Shown piece by piece: positions 36,395-47,600 of a DNA stretch of 58,793 nt. The notes under the pieces are model-generated. The model was given only the letters and a program-made list of their open reading frames with translations, was not told the origin of the DNA and did not search any database. Origin of the DNA: a virus (Duplodnaviria > Caudoviricetes); the IMG/VR virus record IMGVR_UViG_3300048790_000047, positions 1 through 58,793 of that record; one strand, 5' to 3'. The translations under genes were made by a program, and so were the position numbers. Position 1 is the first letter of the stretch, and each line of letters begins with the position of its first letter.

Positions 36395-37926
36395 TTGTCT
36401 CAAAAACAAACAAGTCCCTTGTGATCCCTAGCACCAACGGGACGCTTGGCCTATTCCCGAACGCCAAGTCGCTAGGCGATAGGCTCGTCGTGCCGCATGG
36501 GCTGCGCGAGTACCTCCTGTTGAAGCACCTTGGGTATAACCTGCCCCACCCGATGCTCACATACTATGACTGGCGCAAGGGCAAGCCGTTCGATGTGCAG
36601 CGCAAGACGTGTGCGATGCTCACGGCAAACCCACGGTCGTACGTCCTCAATCATATGGGCACCGGCAAAACGAAGAGCGCGCTGTGGGCTTGGGATTACC
36701 TTCGCGGTAACAACTACGCGAAGAAGGCCCTCGTCGTTGCTCCGCTGAGCACACTCAATTTCGTTTGGGGCCGAGAGATTTTCGCTACGCTACCCAACGT
36801 GAAGTACGCGATCCTGCACGGTAGCAAGAAGCAAAGGTTGAACCGGCTCGCTGATCCTGACGTGGACGTGTTCATTATCAATCACGACGGCCTCAAGGTG
36901 ATCGAGGATGATCTGCACGCGCGCACTGATATCGACACGCTGATCATCGACGAGCTTGCTGTGTATCGGAATAACTCTGACCGATCCAAGGGTATGCGCA
37001 AATTCGCTGAGCGCTTCGATTGGGTGTGGGGCATGACGGGCGCTCCGATGCCAAACCAGCCAACTGACGTGTGGGCGCAGGCGCGTATCGTGACCCCGAA
37101 CACGGTGCCTACGTACTTCAAGAATGCACGCGACATGCTGATGACGAAGGTAGATCAGTTCAAGTACATTCCAAAACCTGATGCCGTGGAAAAAGCGTTT
37201 GCCATGATGCAGCCGGCGGTTCGCTTCGAGCTTGACGATGTAGTTGAACTTCCTGACGTGGTGTCCCGGACAATCGACGTGGACCTGACTAAAGCGCAAG
37301 CGGACGCCTACGCAAAAATGTCAAAGCTGTTCCAGGTGATGATCGACAACGAAACGATCACCGCTGTGAACGCGGGTGCCGCCATGCAGAAACTGCTCCA
37401 GGTTTCTACCGGATGTGTGTACACCCATACTCCAACGTATGTTGTGCTCGACAGCGCGCCGCGTCAGCAGACGCTCTTGGACTTGATCGACAGCGCCGCG
37501 AACAAGGTGCTCGTATTTGTACCGTATCGTCATGCACTGGCCGAGCTAAGCAAGCTGCTCGACGCGGCGAAGATCGAACATGCCGTTGTGCATGGTGAGG
37601 TCCATGACCGAGACAAGATTTTTAACGCGTTTCAGAACACCACAAAATACAAGGTGTTACTCGCGCACCCGCAATGTCTGGCACACGGCCTGACCTTGAC
37701 AGTAGCAGATACTATTGTATGGTACTCGCCTACCGCTTCGCTGGAAATTTATGAGCAAGCAAACGCTCGCATCCGGCGCGTAGGGCAGAAAAATCGACAG
37801 CAGATACTCCACCTACAGAGTACACCAGTCGAGAAAAAAATCTACGCGCTGCTTCGCAGCAAGCAGAAAATCCAGAACCGGTTACTCGAACTTTTCCAAG
37901 ACGCAACAGCAGGGGTAAGATCATGA
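36385..37926 (+). CDS. SNF2-family (SF2) helicase
   Basis: MGTGKT, IIDE, MTGAP, HGLTL, QANARIRRVGQ. Confidence 0.92.
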   Translation: MSIVVSKTNKSLVIPSTNGTLGLFPNAKSLGDRLVVPHGLREYLLLKHLGYNLPHPMLTYYDWRKGKPFDVQRKTCAMLTANPRSYVLNHMGTGKTKSALWAWDYLRGNNYAKKALVVAPLSTLNFVWGREIFATLPNVKYAILHGSKKQRLNRLADPDVDVFIINHDGLKVIEDDLHARTDIDTLIIDELAVYRNNSDRSKGMRKFAERFDWVWGMTGAPMPNQPTDVWAQARIVTPNTVPTYFKNARDMLMTKVDQFKYIPKPDAVEKAFAMMQPAVRFELDDVVELPDVVSRTIDVDLTKAQADAYAKMSKLFQVMIDNETITAVNAGAAMQKLLQVSTGCVYTHTPTYVVLDSAPRQQTLLDLIDSAANKVLVFVPYRHALAELSKLLDAAKIEHAVVHGEVHDRDKIFNAFQNTTKYKVLLAHPQCLAHGLTLTVADTIVWYSPTASLEIYEQANARIRRVGQKNRQQILHLQSTPVEKKIYALLRSKQKIQNRLLELFQDATAGVRS

Positions 37927-38336
37927 ACTACAAGCACGGTGGATCAAAAGACAGAACGTACTTTGTGTGGCAGCAAATGTTCTCTCGATGCCAAAACCCT
38001 AATCACGCTGACTATAAAAACTATGGCGGCCGCGGTATTCGCGTTATCCGCCGGTGGGAGAGCTACGAAGACTTCATGGCTGACATGGGACCGCGCCCAG
38101 AAGGCATGACCTTGGAGCGGAAGAACGTCAACGGAAACTACTCGAAGCGCAACTGCAAGTGGGCGTCGAATAAAGAGCAACAGCGCAACAAGAGAAACAA
38201 CGTAATGACGCTGCCTCTCGTGCGACGTATCCGGCGGCAGCGAGCAAACGGCGCTAGGTACTGCACGCTCGCTGCCCGATATAAAACCTCAAGACAGCTA
38301 ATCCGCTATGTTTGCATAGGTAGGATTTGGGCATGA
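37923..38336 (+). CDS. HNH homing endonuclease (paralogue of 25224..25673)
   Basis: KHG..TY.VW..M..RC.NP....YKNYGGRGI...TLERKNVNGNY...NC.WA. Confidence 0.85.
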   Translation: MNYKHGGSKDRTYFVWQQMFSRCQNPNHADYKNYGGRGIRVIRRWESYEDFMADMGPRPEGMTLERKNVNGNYSKRNCKWASNKEQQRNKRNNVMTLPLVRRIRRQRANGARYCTLAARYKTSRQLIRYVCIGRIWA

Positions 38337-38353
38337 ACACAACAGCTAGGAGT

Positions 38354-38785
38354 ATGAGCATGACTGAGACACCAGATGATGTGTCCGCCACCGTCGATAA
38401 GCGTATCCAGCAGTACGTGGCTGTACGCGACCGTATCAAGGCGCTTGAAGAAAAGCACAAAGAAGAACTCAAGCCCTTCGTCGAAGTTCAGAATATGTTA
38501 ACCGGATGGGTGCAATCTTTCCTGGACAAGACCGGCGTTGAGTCGGTCAAGACCAAACATGGGACGGCGTACTCCTCGACGCGCTATTCCGCATCCCTCG
38601 CTGACGCAGACGCATTTATGAACTTCGTCAAGACGACCAGCAATTACGATCTACTTGATCGCCGCGCCAACGTGACGGCGGTTAAAGACTACGTTGCCGA
38701 GCATGGCAACTTACCACCCGGCTGCAATTTAACGGCGCTCAAAACGATTGGCGTCCGACGCGGCCCAGCGAAAAAAGACGATTAA
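38354..38785 (+). CDS. Hypothetical coiled-coil protein of the replication module
   Basis: YVAVRD..K.L, SVKT.HGT, PPG; AGGAG RBS. Confidence 0.75.
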   Translation: MSMTETPDDVSATVDKRIQQYVAVRDRIKALEEKHKEELKPFVEVQNMLTGWVQSFLDKTGVESVKTKHGTAYSSTRYSASLADADAFMNFVKTTSNYDLLDRRANVTAVKDYVAEHGNLPPGCNLTALKTIGVRRGPAKKDD

Positions 38786-38823
38786 CCCTTTTACCTTCAC
38801 GGTAAATAACCGGAGAGCCGAAC

Positions 38824-39894
38824 ATGGCAAATGAGTTGACTATCCCCTTTGCTGGACAAGCGCCAGCACAAGCGTTTTCGAGCTACGCGAACACCCAAGA
38901 AAAAGAGAGCCTGTCCGATGGCATTGGCTCTTCGTATGGCGTCATTGGATACAAGGGCAAGGTCTGGTCCCTTCGTGTTCGTGGCGAGAAGCACACGTTT
39001 ACGCGCAAGGACGATGGCTCGCCGTCGTCTTACATCGACGTGATCATCCTCCGCCAAGCACGCGCCAAGTCCAAGTCGTTCTACGACGCGTACGACCCGG
39101 ATGCTTCGCAGGGTGTGCGACCTATTTGTGCCTCGCTCAACGGCATCATCCCTGACAACGACGTGCAGGAGAAGCAGGCGACAGCGTGCGCTCTGTGCCC
39201 GCGCAACGTCTGGAAGGTCAACGACAAGGGCAAGAAGGTGCGCGAGTGCACGGACTACAAGCGCCTCGCGGTTCTCGTCCTGCCGAACCTGACCCAAGAC
39301 TTGCTGGGATCGCCGCTCATGGAGCCGTTGTTCTTGCGCGTGCCCCCGGCATCGCTCAATGATCTGGCTACGTTTGGTGAGGCGATGGCCAACCAGGGCT
39401 ATCCGTACTTCAGCTTCGTGACGCGGATCAGCTTCGACCCGAACCAGCCGCATCCGAAGATGGTGTTCCGCCCGCTCCAGGTGCTCACCAACGCCGAGGC
39501 CCCCGTTGTGCTGGCGCTCCGCGATGATCCTATCGCTTTGCGCATCACAGGCGAAGACAACACCGCGGCTATCTCTGGTGCAGCTACGCCGGCCGCGTTG
39601 TCGAAGTCTCAACCGCTCGCGACTGGTATCGTTCCTCAGCCGGCACAGCCAGAAGTACAAGCCACACAGGAGCAAGCCGTGCAGTTAGTACAGCAGGCTA
39701 AAGCACCGCCGCCGATGCTCGACTTGCAGGCGAACAAGCCCGCCGAGCCTGAACGGGTTTCGACTGGGCTTACCGCGGCGGTAACGCCCAAAGCGACAGC
39801 GGCGCTCACACCAGCGATCCAGACAGTAGCAGACGTAGGTGAGGCCACCGAGTCCGATGCTGCTCTCGACGCTCAAATCGCGGCGCTCCTGTAA
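38824..39894 (+). CDS. Putative ssDNA-binding/annealing protein
   Basis: PIC.S.NG..PD, CALCPRN...C, LRVPPASL; low-complexity tail with acidic end; lies between the helicase and the primase. Confidence 0.6.
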   Translation: MANELTIPFAGQAPAQAFSSYANTQEKESLSDGIGSSYGVIGYKGKVWSLRVRGEKHTFTRKDDGSPSSYIDVIILRQARAKSKSFYDAYDPDASQGVRPICASLNGIIPDNDVQEKQATACALCPRNVWKVNDKGKKVRECTDYKRLAVLVLPNLTQDLLGSPLMEPLFLRVPPASLNDLATFGEAMANQGYPYFSFVTRISFDPNQPHPKMVFRPLQVLTNAEAPVVLALRDDPIALRITGEDNTAAISGAATPAALSKSQPLATGIVPQPAQPEVQATQEQAVQLVQQAKAPPPMLDLQANKPAEPERVSTGLTAAVTPKATAALTPAIQTVADVGEATESDAALDAQIAALL

Positions 39895-39913
39895 AGCGAA
39901 CCACTAGGCGTAC

Positions 39914-42900
39914 ATGACTACCACCAAGAGCGTCCTCGAAGATTTCATGTCTCGCGTTGTCCCGTGGCCTAAGTCGGCCACGGGCGATGGTTATGTGAAT
40001 ATCCATTGGAAGGTGCCAGCACGAACTGGCCCTAAGATGATCTGGACGGGAAAGCCGGCGAAGACCGTCGACGAGTTTGTGAACCTAGTGAACTGGGGCA
40101 AGGGCAAGCCGCACATTCAGGACATATACTACTGCCTCTCGCTGCAATCGCATTGTAGCTCGAAAGAAGGTGGCAGAAAGAGTGTGCTCCGATCGCAGGC
40201 ATATGCGATGGCGCTCAAGTCGCTCTGGCTGGATATCGATATCAAGCCGGACCCTAAAAAGGGCTACGCGACTATCTCTGATGCAATCACAGCGCTGAGC
40301 ATCTTCTGCAAGAAGTGTTCGCTTCCGAAACCTAGCGCACTGATCGGGTCCGGCGGCGGCTTGCACGTATATTGGATATCGAAAGAAGCGCTCCCCAAGG
40401 CGGAGTGGCAACGCTACGCTGACGGGCTTTGGGCGCTTGCACAACGCGAGGGTCTACGCGCCGATCCGGTGACAACGGATAGCGCTCGCATCCTGCGGGT
40501 GCCATTCACAAACAATTACAAGACCAAGCCGCCGAAGCCGGTAAAGGTCCTCTTTCTGGGTAAGCCAGAAGACGATTACGACTTTGCGACCGCGCTAAGC
40601 GCGCTGCCCGCTCTGGCGCCCGTTACCACCACGGTAACGCAGGGCACGCAAGTGGCGCCGTTTGACCTGACGAATTTTCCACGCAAAAACGATAAAGTAG
40701 AGAGCCTTGCCGAGGGTATCGAGCACCAGGAATATCCTCCGTTAGCGTTCGCCCCCATTATAAAAGGCTGCGAGTTCATTCGCAATGCCCTCAAGACCGG
40801 CGGCAAGGACTATTCCCAGCCGCTTTGGATGCTCACCACCTTGGCTTCAACCTTTATGGAAAGGGGACACGACCTTGCACATAAAATGGCCAATAAACAC
40901 CCAGGCTATACATTTGAAAGCACCGAGGCCATGTGGCAGCGGAAGCAAGAAGACCGACAAGTACGGGGGATCGGCTGGCCTTCATGTAAAGCTATCAGTT
41001 CGGCAGGATGCGCGTCATGCGCTTCGTGCCCACACTTTACAAAGGGCAAATCGCCGCTGAATTTGGCTGTCGGCATCCCGCCGGCGGTTACCTCTGCTGC
41101 GCTTCAGACCATTGCTGCTCTCCATCTACCGAAGGGTTACGCCTTAAACGAGCACGGCGTGATCTGCGTCATTGTGGAAGACGACGACGCGAAGGACAAC
41201 GCCGGGAAAGGGCAGTTGGTTCCAATCTTTAATTGTGTGCTGTCGCATCCGTGGCCTTCGTCTAAAGGCTCCGAGGGTGGTGACGCGCTCAATTTCAAAA
41301 CTACCGTGTCCAAAGGCGAGGTGCGCGACGTGCACATCTTGCTGGAGGACATGATACCCGGCCCCGATATGTGGCGCAAAGTACAGCGCCAAGGTGTGAA
41401 GCCTGTACCTTCACGACGTAACCAAGCAGGAGATTATTTCATGGCGTGGATCAGCACACTACACGATCAATTTGCGTCAATAAAGACGGTCTCGTTCGGA
41501 TGGCTCGAAGAAAAGGGCAAGCTCGAAGGGTTCATCTACGGGGGCGTTGCAATGAAGCGTGACGGCTCGGAAGGCCCCGCTGGATTGGCCGACCCGAAGT
41601 TGCGCGGCACGTACTCGCCGTGTGGCTCTATCGACCCCTGGTTCCGTGCCTGTAAGATGATCACCGACCGTAAGCGTGCTGATCTGAACGCGATTATCGC
41701 ATCGGCGTTCGCTTCGCCGCTCATGCGCTTTGGCGCGGAGTACAGCGCGCTGGTGAGCGCGTGGGGCGAGTCAGGCACCGGCAAGTCGGCGGCGTCGTAC
41801 ATCGGGCTGGCCGTGTGGGGTCACCCTAAGCTGACCAAGGAAGGCCCGAACGCCACGTCGAAGAAGTTCATCAAGCACATGGGCGAGGTCCGTAACCTGC
41901 CCCTGTACTGGGACGAGATCAAAGGACCAGAAGGCCAGAAGCGCGTCATTGACGTGCTCTTTAACGCGACCGAAGGCGTTGAAGGTGGCCGTCTTAATCG
42001 CGGTTCACAGATGATGGACCAAACCGACTGGCAGAACCTGATCACTGTCTGCTCGAACAACAGCATCGTGGAAGCGGTGCTCGCGCAACAGAAGACCACG
42101 GACGCCGGCGCCAATCGTATCTTCGAGTTCTTCGTGCCGAAGATCGATAACGAAGTCGTTGGCGACACGATGGATGGCTCCCGCATCATCCAGAGCCTTG
42201 AGAGCAACTATGGCAACATCGGCCTACGCTACGCCAAGATGCTGGCGATGGACCCGGAGGGCGCTGATACTCGCACACAGGCGTGGGTGAAGCGGTTTTC
42301 GGCCGCGGTACATCAGCGCCAGTCTGAACGCTACTGGGTTGTCGTCTGTGGCACCTTGATGGCTGGTGCGGAGAACGCCAACGCCCTTGGGTGTGAGATC
42401 GATCTGGCTGGCCTCCAAACGTATCTGGTTCAACAGTACATGGAGAACCGTAAAAAGGTGGCACAGGCGGGCGTGATCGGCGGTTCGACGGTGAACACCG
42501 AGGACGTGGTCACCAAGTTCTTGAAGCACTACGCGGGCCAGCACCTGTATACAGATATCTTCCCGCTCGGCGTCGGCCGACCGCAAAAGGCTACGATCAT
42601 CTACCAGCCTGCGCTCACAGGGCTCGTCCGTGCGATCGAAGTACACTGGGCTGTCAGTGACCGGACGCTGCGCTTCTCGCGTCGGGCGTTCGCGGATTTC
42701 TTGGAAACCAACAAGATACCCGCGGGTCCGATCATGCGCGGCTTGGAAAACCATATGAACGCTACCGTTGCCCGGCAGACGTTGGGTTCAGGTACGCAAT
42801 GGTCAAAAGGACCGGAGTACCTGTGGGTGATCCCGATCCCGGCGGGCTCGTCATATGAGCAGCAACTCTTCGCGTATGACCCGGAGGCGCGTGCTGGGTT

Positions 42901-43036
42901 GGAAGCGCTACCGCCGGCCGAGGAAACGGGCATCGTGACACCCTTCCCGGCCAGCACACCGAGTGAGCCAACGAGCATCAACGCTGCTGCGGCGCAAGCG
43001 GCGGCTGACCTGAACCTCGTCCGGAGCCGCACATGA
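39914..43036 (+). CDS. Primase-helicase (AEP/RepB-like primase + Cys cluster + DUF927-type helicase)
   Basis: WLDID, SGGGLHVYW, RILRVP; CKAI...CASCASCPH; Walker A GESGTGKS, YWDE. Confidence 0.88.
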   Translation: MTTTKSVLEDFMSRVVPWPKSATGDGYVNIHWKVPARTGPKMIWTGKPAKTVDEFVNLVNWGKGKPHIQDIYYCLSLQSHCSSKEGGRKSVLRSQAYAMALKSLWLDIDIKPDPKKGYATISDAITALSIFCKKCSLPKPSALIGSGGGLHVYWISKEALPKAEWQRYADGLWALAQREGLRADPVTTDSARILRVPFTNNYKTKPPKPVKVLFLGKPEDDYDFATALSALPALAPVTTTVTQGTQVAPFDLTNFPRKNDKVESLAEGIEHQEYPPLAFAPIIKGCEFIRNALKTGGKDYSQPLWMLTTLASTFMERGHDLAHKMANKHPGYTFESTEAMWQRKQEDRQVRGIGWPSCKAISSAGCASCASCPHFTKGKSPLNLAVGIPPAVTSAALQTIAALHLPKGYALNEHGVICVIVEDDDAKDNAGKGQLVPIFNCVLSHPWPSSKGSEGGDALNFKTTVSKGEVRDVHILLEDMIPGPDMWRKVQRQGVKPVPSRRNQAGDYFMAWISTLHDQFASIKTVSFGWLEEKGKLEGFIYGGVAMKRDGSEGPAGLADPKLRGTYSPCGSIDPWFRACKMITDRKRADLNAIIASAFASPLMRFGAEYSALVSAWGESGTGKSAASYIGLAVWGHPKLTKEGPNATSKKFIKHMGEVRNLPLYWDEIKGPEGQKRVIDVLFNATEGVEGGRLNRGSQMMDQTDWQNLITVCSNNSIVEAVLAQQKTTDAGANRIFEFFVPKIDNEVVGDTMDGSRIIQSLESNYGNIGLRYAKMLAMDPEGADTRTQAWVKRFSAAVHQRQSERYWVVVCGTLMAGAENANALGCEIDLAGLQTYLVQQYMENRKKVAQAGVIGGSTVNTEDVVTKFLKHYAGQHLYTDIFPLGVGRPQKATIIYQPALTGLVRAIEVHWAVSDRTLRFSRRAFADFLETNKIPAGPIMRGLENHMNATVARQTLGSGTQWSKGPEYLWVIPIPAGSSYEQQLFAYDPEARAGLEALPPAEETGIVTPFPASTPSEPTSINAAAAQAAADLNLVRSRT

Positions 43037-43257
43037 GCCTGCTCCCTAAAGACGACTACTACGAGCCTTGGCATCTAGCGTCTATAAAAGAAGCCGAGGA
43101 GAACCTCGTTAACTTAACCCGGCTGTTGGCCGAGTTCGACTCAGGGCGGCACGATAATTCACGATTGCCATCGCGTGAGCTTATCGTGCACGCCATACAA
43201 TCAACCGAGGCCTTTCTTCAGACACTACAAGGGAGCAACGCGCGTGCCAATTCGTAA
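43033..43257 (+). CDS. Hypothetical protein
   Basis: ATGA overlap. Confidence 0.55.
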   Translation: MSLLPKDDYYEPWHLASIKEAEENLVNLTRLLAEFDSGRHDNSRLPSRELIVHAIQSTEAFLQTLQGSNARANS

Positions 43258-43447
43258 AGCTGTACTGCTGGGTGAGTGCGACAAGCGTGTAGGGGCCGCC
43301 TCTGTGCCTGAGACAACATTTGCCATCAGGCACAAAGGCGAGACCTACATACGCACCGAGCAGGGTATAAGGCTACCCGGTGGCGGAATTGGCGCGGTCT
43401 TTGTCCTTACAGACGTTCTTGTACGTGACAGCCTCGACCCGGCTTAG
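43244..43447 (+). CDS. Hypothetical protein
   Basis: GGGAG RBS, GTG start. Confidence 0.5.
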   Translation: MPIRKAVLLGECDKRVGAASVPETTFAIRHKGETYIRTEQGIRLPGGGIGAVFVLTDVLVRDSLDPA

Positions 43448-43585
43448 CCCTGTCAAGTGACGCACGCTCCCACACCCTAAGCACTCGAAGACGTACTTCG
43501 TGAGTTCGTGGTCGGCCTCGACCACGGATATGCGCATATGCTTGTTGCAACGCAGGCATAGAACCTGTCCGAACTGGGAGATCAT
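43373..43585 (-). CDS. Possible zinc-ribbon protein
   Basis: CLRC...FECLGC. Confidence 0.45.
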   Translation of the reverse strand: MISQFGQVLCLRCNKHMRISVVEADHELTKYVFECLGCGSVRHLTGLSRVEAVTYKNVCKDKDRANSATG

Positions 43586-43673
43586 TTTTGCTACCCCACT
43601 ACCGGGGAACCCGGCGCAGTATGTCTACTAAGAGACATAACGCCTGACTGTATAAAACAGCACACTTCTGTAA

Positions 43674-44120
43674 TTATTTTTTGGGTAGCTTCGCTAGGCG
43701 GACGAAGGTGACTTTTCCACCCGAGTACACGTCACGCTTGGCGCCGATCTTCGCTGCCTCGATGGCAGAGGCGCCGGCGTCCATAGCGGCCATAGCGAAG
43801 ATACTGCCAGAGCCGATCGCGTAGTACGGGATCGTGATCCGCTGCCAGATGTTACCTTCGTAGAGCCAGATGCGCCCCTTGAGGTCGATGCGCAGCGCGT
43901 TCACGCACTCCAACTTGGGCGGCGGAAGTTTCTTGGTCAGGGCCTCATACAATCGCGTCCCATCTTCAGAGCCCTTCGACGCGCCAAACAGTTGCCCGTC
44001 GGGGAGTTTGAACACCTTGCGGCATCGGTCGTTGAGAACCATCGGGCTCTCGTCTTCAGCAATGGCTGTCTCGCGGCCGTCACCGGCGAGCACCCCCGAC
44101 CTGTATGCTATGGTGGTCAT
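43674..44120 (-). CDS. HslV/proteasome-like N-terminal-Thr (Ntn) peptidase
   Basis: MTTIAY..GVLAGD.R, KVF, YAIGSGS.FA.AAMD.G, D.YSGG. Confidence 0.82.
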   Translation of the reverse strand: MTTIAYRSGVLAGDGRETAIAEDESPMVLNDRCRKVFKLPDGQLFGASKGSEDGTRLYEALTKKLPPPKLECVNALRIDLKGRIWLYEGNIWQRITIPYYAIGSGSIFAMAAMDAGASAIEAAKIGAKRDVYSGGKVTFVRLAKLPKK

Positions 44121-44383
44121 TTTTTGTTCCAGCCCCGATTTTTGTGCTCTGAAATAACGCGCCAGTTTTTCGGACTGTTACTACCGCCGTCTTTCAGCAT
44201 ATGCTTATGGTCTACATCGCGATGGTCGCCTTTATGCACTTTGCCCTCGCGCATGAGGGTGCGGCGCGCAAGGTGGCGCTCTACGATAGCGTCCTGATGC
44301 TGGACGTTGTAGCCCTTATCCATTTGATGAATTTGGGCCAGCGTCCGATGGCTGGATGGATCGCGTTTGTCATAGTCGCGCAC
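44117..44383 (-). CDS. Small HNH endonuclease
   Basis: GDHRDVDHK..L.DGGSN...N.RVIS...NR. Confidence 0.8.
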   Translation of the reverse strand: MRDYDKRDPSSHRTLAQIHQMDKGYNVQHQDAIVERHLARRTLMREGKVHKGDHRDVDHKHMLKDGGSNSPKNWRVISEHKNRGWNKK

Positions 44384-44394
44384 GGGAGTATTCC

Positions 44395-44592
44395 TTAGCT
44401 GCGCGGGACTATGGCTTTCTCGGATTTGTCCTCGCCCTTAGGCTTCTTGCCTGTGGCGTAGTTCGGGTTGGGCACACCAGCACTGCGGAACGCCTCAGGG
44501 GCGTCCTTCATGAAGTCCTTGGCGCGGGAGGTTACACCGCCGCCCTTGGCGTACGACGCGTTCTGGGGCTTGGAGCCCTTCGAGTAAGCCAT
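44395..44592 (-). CDS. Small basic protein with a YAKGG motif
   Basis: GGAG RBS; palindrome at 44619 and CTAA-N7-TTAA at 44645-44659 upstream. Confidence 0.65.
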   Translation of the reverse strand: MAYSKGSKPQNASYAKGGGVTSRAKDFMKDAPEAFRSAGVPNPNYATGKKPKGEDKSEKAIVPRS

Positions 44593-44655
44593 GACAGTCT
44601 CCGTGCGGTGGCGTTTGGTTACCGCCACGGTAAGCAGGGACCCCCTAAAAATCCG

Positions 44656-47600
44656 TTAAAGGGGGCTCGTATAGTAGTCATAGGCACGTTCAAGCGAGCC
44701 CCGCGGTTTCTTGAACCGGTTGATGGCCTCCTGATTGGCCTTCTTCTGGGCCTCAATCTGGAACTTACTAGACGCAGGGCTCGGGTTCTTGATAGCCAGG
44801 GCCTCGTCGCGGATGCCACTGGCCAAACCCAGCCCCTTGGCGCCGGCGTTCTCGCCAGTGTTGAACGGGCTCACCAGCCCGCGGACTGCGTGCTCACCTG
44901 CCTGAACACCCACCCGCCCCGCTGCTGTAACGCTACCGTGCATCGCGGCGGATACGTCGCCGGGCGACATAATTGTTCGGCCGGCAAAGTCTCGATTGTC
45001 GTATAGCTCTTTGGCCGCCGACAGCAACGGCGAGACGCTCGCGATATTGCGAAATGCCTGTGTCGGGTCGGCGCGACCTTCGCGCGTGTCAGCCAGTGTA
45101 GACGTGACAGCCCACGGGCCGCTGCGCGCTATTGAGGCGAAGTTGTTGCCTGTGATGTATTTCGCCGCCTTATCGAGTTGCGGGTACACAAAGTACGCGA
45201 TGGCACCCAGAAGGATCATGCGCGCTGCTGCGTCGACGCGCTGGCTCTTCGTGCCCGATCGTGCGTCTTTAATCGTGTTAGCCATCGCGTTGATGACGCC
45301 GTTATGATACCGGCTGAACGAGAACCCCAGTGGATCGGAATAGACTTTTGACAGCATACGGGAGCCGGCCAAGCGAGTTGGCATACGATATGTGGGAATG
45401 TCCTTGGCGATGTAGTTCGCTGCTGCCTTTGGCGTAAACCCGCGCGCCTTGGCTTCCAGGTACGCCTGGGTGTTCAGCATGTCGTTGACGGCCCACATGG
45501 TGTGCTTCGACACGTCGTAAATTTTTGCCGCGATCTCTCCAAGGCCGACCCCAAGGTGGTCCGCGATAAATTTGTACTGCCCGGCATTGCTCTGGATTTC
45601 ATGCCCCAGCTTGCGGGCGATGTTGTTCACAAAATCTTGCGTGGCCACGCCGCCATAGATATTGGCAGCGCCGACTTCGCGCATTTCTTTCTGGATCGGG
45701 CCTTGGTTGATCACATCGCGAATTGCCACAGGAGCAGTCTTCGCCAACTGCTTCCAGCCTTCTGGTGTCACCCACCCAGCGCCGCGATGGATAGTCCAGT
45801 GGGCGCCGACGTTGAGAATGTGTTTCACCGGCAACCAGAATAGAGTCTTCGTGACGTTCTGCGACAGCTTACGTGCGCTGTCCCAGCCGTTCTCGCTGAG
45901 GCCAGGCTTGTTGTAGTCGTCGAAGACCTCCTTCAACTCGGGGGCCATATACCACTGCGAGCCCGGCCGGTTAAAGGTGTCCATCTCGGTCTTCTCAAAG
46001 CCTTCATCCTCCGCCCGCTTTTTGTCGGTGGTCATGTACTTGTTCTCCACCGTCCCCGGCGTGTTCGCTTTAGCCTTCAGATCGTCGACGTACTTCAAAG
46101 AGTTGTACACCTCGGTCAACTCTTGGTTCGCCGCGACAGCGCTAAGGTGCGCGTCCTGCAAATACTTGACAGGCTTGCCATTGAGCATGGCGTGCTTCTC
46201 GATCTCGTCGGTGAGTGCCTCGGTCATCTTGTACGTGTCGTTGCCGATTTTCACCTGCTTACCGTCCTTATACTCAAAGCCCGGATCGGTCACTTGCTTG
46301 CCTACGCGGTTCTGCCATTGCGTAAACCCTTTAGAGTTAGGCGACATAATGGTACGCTGGCCGTCCTTCACACGCTCAAGCGCGTAAAACGCACGGTCTT
46401 TCAAGGTGCCACGCCGGCGCGTTGCGAGGTCCCGGTTTTGGGTCGGGTCCGCGGTTTGGTTCGCGCTCGCGTTCGGGTCTAGCTCAGACGCGCCGTTATC
46501 CAAGACACGACGTACGTGGTTCACCACGTCAGGGCCAACGAAGTTCTTGCCCGCCAACTTTTTAATGGCATCACGAATAACCGTGTTCTTGTCGAGGATT
46601 GGCTGCGTGTACTTGTCGTACGCAGCCTTGAGTTTCGCTGGCAAATGTTGCAGCGCGCCACCTTCTTGGGCCTTGTACGCCTGTTTGCGGTCGGCATCGG
46701 TATAGTTCGGGTCGGCACGCGCCTCGTCGGCTACCTTGCCATTATCGACCTTGTTCTGCTCGTTCTTCTTTGTGTTCTTGAACAGGTCATCATCGATCGA
46801 GCGCGAGTATTCTTCCGCGGGGGACGCTGCATTTTTAGCCCGGAACGAGCCGGGCTTCTCCATTTCCGCGATCTCTTCTTTCGAGGGCGTACGGATTTCG
46901 TTAATTTTATCATTCGCGCGTTTAGCGGCGTCTTTCACCTTCTGTAGGTCGAGCGCGCCGCTCTCGTCACTGGCGAATTTCTTGGCAGGGCTCTCGCTCT
47001 TCTCAGCTTGCGCTGCTTCTTTGAGCGCCTTCAAGCGCGCGGTCTTTTCGGCCTGCAAGCGCAACCGCTCGGCTTCGATGTTCTTGAAGTTGCCAGTGAT
47101 CGACGCCGGGTCCACATACGTGTCCGGCTTCGTCAGGTCTAGCGTCTTGCCGGTGGGCTCTTTGATCTGGGATGCGTCCGTAATCGGTTCGGGCGTGGTC
47201 GTGGCTTCCGCGTCCTCGTGCGGCGTCTCTCCAGGAAAGTCTTGAGCGCGCGTTGCTTCGGCTTGCTCAACCGTAGGCGCGCGTCGGAGTTCGCTGTCGG
47301 CTTTGATCCGTCGGGTCTGGTTGACATTCTCCACGTCCTCTGCTTTGCCGGACCGTAGCTGCAACTCGTCTGCCGTGAACTTGGCGATATCATTGGTGGT
47401 CATACGGCCACCGACGAGCTTCTTCGCCGCCTTCAACCAAGCGTACGCAGCGTCTTTCTTTGCGGGCTGGTAGCCGCCGTCTTTCAGCTTACCCAATGGG
47501 TCCTTGCCACCGTTGGCTTCCTTGGCATGGTCAAGCGCGCCCTGGAGGCGGTCACGCAGCGCAGCCACATACTCAGACGACGGCGGACCCGGCGGCAAGT